Of a stretch of 41,912 nt of DNA, positions 39,486 through 41,912 are shown in pieces. The DNA is taken from IMG/VR virus record IMGVR_UViG_3300037618_000011, positions 1 through 41,912 of that record. The stretch is one strand, 5' to 3'. A program made the position numbers and the translations under genes. The first letter of the stretch is position 1, and the number at the start of each line of letters is the position of its first letter. Under the pieces are notes generated by a model, which was given only the letters and a program-made list of their open reading frames with translations, made no database searches and was not told the DNA's origin. The stretch comes from a virus.

Positions 39486-39517
39486 TTGACATTGCTAATA
39501 GAATGCTTTGCTAGAAT
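39486..39517 (+). promoter_or_regulatory. Candidate rightward early promoter (TTGACA ... GCTAGAAT)
   Basis: Perfect -35 and a good -10-like TAGAAT, but 20 nt apart, so the exact hexamer pairing is uncertain. Confidence 0.35.
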
Positions 39518-39571
39518 ACCGCCCTATTTAAACCTAAATTCGCACACAACCGGGAGACGTGGATACCGTTG

Positions 39572-40123
39572 ATGATTACCCGCGTATTTGCGTACTTGAC
39601 GGCCCGGTTCATCGCTGTCTTCCATGCCCGGATGCGTAAAGGGCTAAAGTTCTCACCCGAAGACCCAATGGTGAAAATCTGCAAGCAAGCCATCGCAAAA
39701 GCCGGTGGCCTGTCAGCGGTAGGTCGCGCTTTGGGTATCCGCCCGCAGGCAGTTTACAAATGGGAGGTTGTACCGGCCAGCCGCTGCCATAGGCTGTCAC
39801 AGATGACCGGTATTTCCATCAAGCTCCTGCGCCCCGACAAGTTTGACCAGCCCCGCCGCGTGAAGAAGAAGGGCAAGCGTCATGGCCGCAGTCGCACCAA
39901 CACCACCCGCACCGCCGCAACGAAAATGGACGGAGGTCGAACGCGAGGTGGTGAAGGCCCTGCTGGCGAAAGGCGCGACAGCCTCGACCGTTGCGCGGGA
40001 GATGGGCATAGGCCGCAACGCGGCGCTGGGGCGGATATACCGCGACCCGGAGATGGCCCTGCTCGGCTGGGCCAAGCGGCCCAAGCCGAAGGTGCCGCGC
40101 CCACCACGATACTTCCAGCGTAA
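39572..40123 (+). CDS. Cro/YdaS-like HTH protein (HTH from about 39668) with a long Arg/Gly-rich tail overlapping the next gene
   Basis: AIAKAGGLSAVGRALGIRPQAVYKWEVVPASRCHRLSQMTGISIKLLRPD is a typical YdaS/Cro pattern. The start is uncertain (ATG 39572, 39632 or 39668). No stop before 40123. Confidence 0.55.
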   Translation: MITRVFAYLTARFIAVFHARMRKGLKFSPEDPMVKICKQAIAKAGGLSAVGRALGIRPQAVYKWEVVPASRCHRLSQMTGISIKLLRPDKFDQPRRVKKKGKRHGRSRTNTTRTAATKMDGGRTRGGEGPAGERRDSLDRCAGDGHRPQRGAGADIPRPGDGPARLGQAAQAEGAAPTTILPA

Positions 40124-40397
40124 ACCCTCTTCCCCGAAACCCGCCGTTGCGGCTATGGTCACCGTGACCGGTGATGTTGTCCAAAGCATCTGCGCCCCGG
40201 TCGCACCGCCGCCGCCTCCCAAGCCAGCCCTTGCGCACCCGATGGCACTGATTGGAACAGGCAGGCGATGGTGCAAATGGCCGGTGGCCGCAGATAGCAG
40301 GGTTCTTGGCGGTTTCCTCTGCTGCGGCCGCCGGTCACTGCCCGGTGACGTCTACTGCGAGGAGCACCGGGAGAAGGCCGCGAGGGTGCGGCCATGA
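39882..40397 (+). CDS. gcrA: GcrA-like cell-cycle regulator homologue
   Basis: N-terminal WTEVEREVVKALLAKGATASTVAREMGIGRNAALGRIYR and C-terminal RRWCKWPV...FLCCGRRSLPGDVYCEEHREKA match the two conserved GcrA blocks. Confidence 0.7.
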   Translation: MAAVAPTPPAPPQRKWTEVEREVVKALLAKGATASTVAREMGIGRNAALGRIYRDPEMALLGWAKRPKPKVPRPPRYFQRKPSSPKPAVAAMVTVTGDVVQSICAPVAPPPPPKPALAHPMALIGTGRRWCKWPVAADSRVLGGFLCCGRRSLPGDVYCEEHREKAARVRP

Positions 40398-40816
40398 CCT
40401 TCATTATCAATTCCGACAAGCGCTATGACCTGCGCGTCCAGCTGCCAGTGGCCAAGCGGCATGAATTCCTGCTTGGTCAGTTCTTCGACCGCAGCGACTT
40501 CAAGGTCGAGACCAAGGCCGAAATGGACTTCTGGTTTAAGACCGGAAACATGGCGGTCGAGTATTTCAGCAGGGGCCAGAAGTCCGGGCTGGCGACCACT
40601 GAAGCCGACGTCTGGGTGCATGAGTTCTATTTCCCACCGCCGCACGACGAGCAGGTATGTTTCCGCATGGTCTGGGACGTCGAGACGCTGAAGCGCGTCT
40701 GCCACGACGCCTACGAGCGTGGCCAAATCATCAAGGCCATAGGCGAGGATGGAGCCCAGCACTGCGTGCTGTTACCGCTCGGTGACATCCTCGGCCTGCG
40801 GAGGGTCAAGCTATGA
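40394..40816 (+). CDS. Hypothetical protein, possible PD-(D/E)XK-fold nuclease
   Basis: ATGA coupling. The DFKVETKAE stretch is compatible with a D...E-x-K motif. Weak call. Confidence 0.3.
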   Translation: MTFIINSDKRYDLRVQLPVAKRHEFLLGQFFDRSDFKVETKAEMDFWFKTGNMAVEYFSRGQKSGLATTEADVWVHEFYFPPPHDEQVCFRMVWDVETLKRVCHDAYERGQIIKAIGEDGAQHCVLLPLGDILGLRRVKL

Positions 40817-41184
40817 CCAACCCGCTCAAGCCACCATCGGAAAACCTCTTGCACTGCCAGTTGGCCGACCTGCTGCGCGTCGCGGCTGTCCCCGGCTGGC
40901 TCTGGTGGCACACGCCGAACGGCGAGCTTCGCAACAAGGCCACGGCCGGGCGGCTCAAGCGCATGGGCGTCAAGCCGGGCGTCTCGGATTTCCTGCTGTT
41001 GTCACCTGTTGGTGACCTACATGCGCTGGAACTGAAAGCCAAGGGCAAGCGGCCGACCGACGAGCAGCGCGACTTCCTGCGCAGCGTCATCAATGCGGGC
41101 GGGTATGGCGCATGGTGTGACAGGTTTGAGGATGCCGTCATGTTCCTGAAGAACTGGGGCGCAATCAAGGGAGTGCTGCTATGA
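40813..41184 (+). CDS. VRR-NUC domain nuclease
   Basis: WWHTPNGE...GVKPGVSDFLLL...LHALELKAKGKRPTDEQRDFL...GGYGAWCDRFEDAVMFLKNWG follows the VRR-NUC pattern. Confidence 0.7.
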   Translation: MTNPLKPPSENLLHCQLADLLRVAAVPGWLWWHTPNGELRNKATAGRLKRMGVKPGVSDFLLLSPVGDLHALELKAKGKRPTDEQRDFLRSVINAGGYGAWCDRFEDAVMFLKNWGAIKGVLL

Positions 41185-41423
41185 GCGAGAAGCGTGACGA
41201 CAAGACGGTGACCATCAACCCGCGCCAGCTGGCGGCCGAAATGGAAGGGCTCACCGCCTGCCAGAAGGGCGTGCTGGTCAAGCTCCTGCTGCACAAGTGG
41301 TGCGACGACATGCTGCCTATCGAGACGGCCCAGCTGGCCAAGATGGCAGGCACCAGCCCGCAGCACATGGGCCAGTCACGCAAGAAGCTCGATGCCCTGC
41401 TCGAAGAGGAGTTCCGGGTGTGA
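41181..41423 (+). CDS. DUF1376 (YdaU)-like small protein
   Basis: LTACQKGVLVKLLLHKWCDDMLPIETAQLAKMAG resembles the DUF1376 pattern found in prophage replication modules. Confidence 0.45.
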   Translation: MSEKRDDKTVTINPRQLAAEMEGLTACQKGVLVKLLLHKWCDDMLPIETAQLAKMAGTSPQHMGQSRKKLDALLEEEFRV

Positions 41424-41912
41424 GCATCAGCGCTGATGTCCTGCAGAAGATGGTGAAGGCTGGCTGCACGGCAGAGCAGCTGGTTGCCATCGTCCGGGCT
41501 GATGAGGAACACAGCGCAGAACACAAAGCCAAGGTCAGAGAACAAAACCGAATTAGGCAACAAAAACATAGGGCACGTAACGCAATGTCACGCGTGACAG
41601 AGCGTGACCTCCTTGATGGTCTTGAAGGTTCCACACCTCCTAAAACCCTTAATCCTCAATCTCCCTCCTCCCTTCGGTCGTCGGGAGACGCGCGCGTACA
41701 CGAGGAATTCCACGAGAATTTCTGGCCAGCCTATCCGCACAAGGTCGGCAAGCCGGATGCAGAGCGGGCTTTTGTCAAAGCCCGTAGGCAAGCCCCGCTT
41801 TCAGCGATGCTTGCCGGATTAAAATCCTACATCGACACCAAGCCAGCCGACCGGCCGTGGCTCAACCCGGCAACATGGCTCAACGGCTGCCGCTGGGATG
41901 ACAAGCCCGCAG
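41420..41912 (+). CDS. Replication-organiser-like protein, 5' part (continues across the circular junction to 303)
   Basis: GTG 41420 overlaps the upstream TGA (GTGA); an ATG follows at 41450. Open to the window end. EFHENFWPAYPHKVGKPDAERAF motif. Confidence 0.6.
   Translation, partial: MSISADVLQKMVKAGCTAEQLVAIVRADEEHSAEHKAKVREQNRIRQQKHRARNAMSRVTERDLLDGLEGSTPPKTLNPQSPSSLRSSGDARVHEEFHENFWPAYPHKVGKPDAERAFVKARRQAPLSAMLAGLKSYIDTKPADRPWLNPATWLNGCRWDDKPA
41786..41912. repeat. Terminal direct repeat copy 2 (identical to 1..127)
   Basis: Same 127-nt string as the window start. The reading frame of 41420.. continues into 128..303. Confidence 0.9.

Overview
The window is a complete, circularly closed temperate phage genome of about 41.8 kb. 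The first 127 nt are repeated exactly at the end, and one gene runs across that junction. High GC and a GcrA-like gene point to an alphaproteobacterial host. I saw no rRNA, tRNA, CRISPR array, reverse transcriptase or transposase.

Gene order around the circle:
- Replication and early module, plus strand (39572 through the junction to 950): Cro/YdaS-like HTH, GcrA-like regulator, two nucleases including VRR-NUC, a DUF1376-like protein, a replication-organiser-like protein and a G39P-like loader.
- Convergent minus-strand operon of 10 small genes (4165 down to 892), separated by conserved stem-loops.
- AT-rich repeat region, then a GH19 endolysin translationally coupled to terS.
- Lower-GC spacer with a promoter-driven 29-aa hydrophobic ORF and a small serine recombinase bracketed by inverted repeats.
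- Twelve tightly coupled small genes ending at a strong intrinsic terminator.
- Podovirus-like virion module: terL, portal, scaffold, capsid, GNAT, ejection proteins including an SLT lysozyme, and five tail-fibre paralogues with small chaperone-like ORFs.
- Two small membrane proteins that are holin candidates.
- Putative attP with GCGCCCC(G/A) repeats.
- Minus-strand lysogeny and recombination arm: tyrosine integrase, small XRE protein, excisionase, SSAP and YqaJ exonuclease.

The most interesting points:
- A possible invertible serine-recombinase cassette in front of the 12-gene operon.
- Covarying UUCG hairpins between early genes.
- Near-identical leaderless-type promoters in front of the lysin and terL.
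- A recurrent GGTTTAA operator-like motif.
- The modular tail-fibre cassette array.
- A 28-aa tandem repeat in an ejection protein.

All function calls rest on motifs recognised by eye, not on searches.
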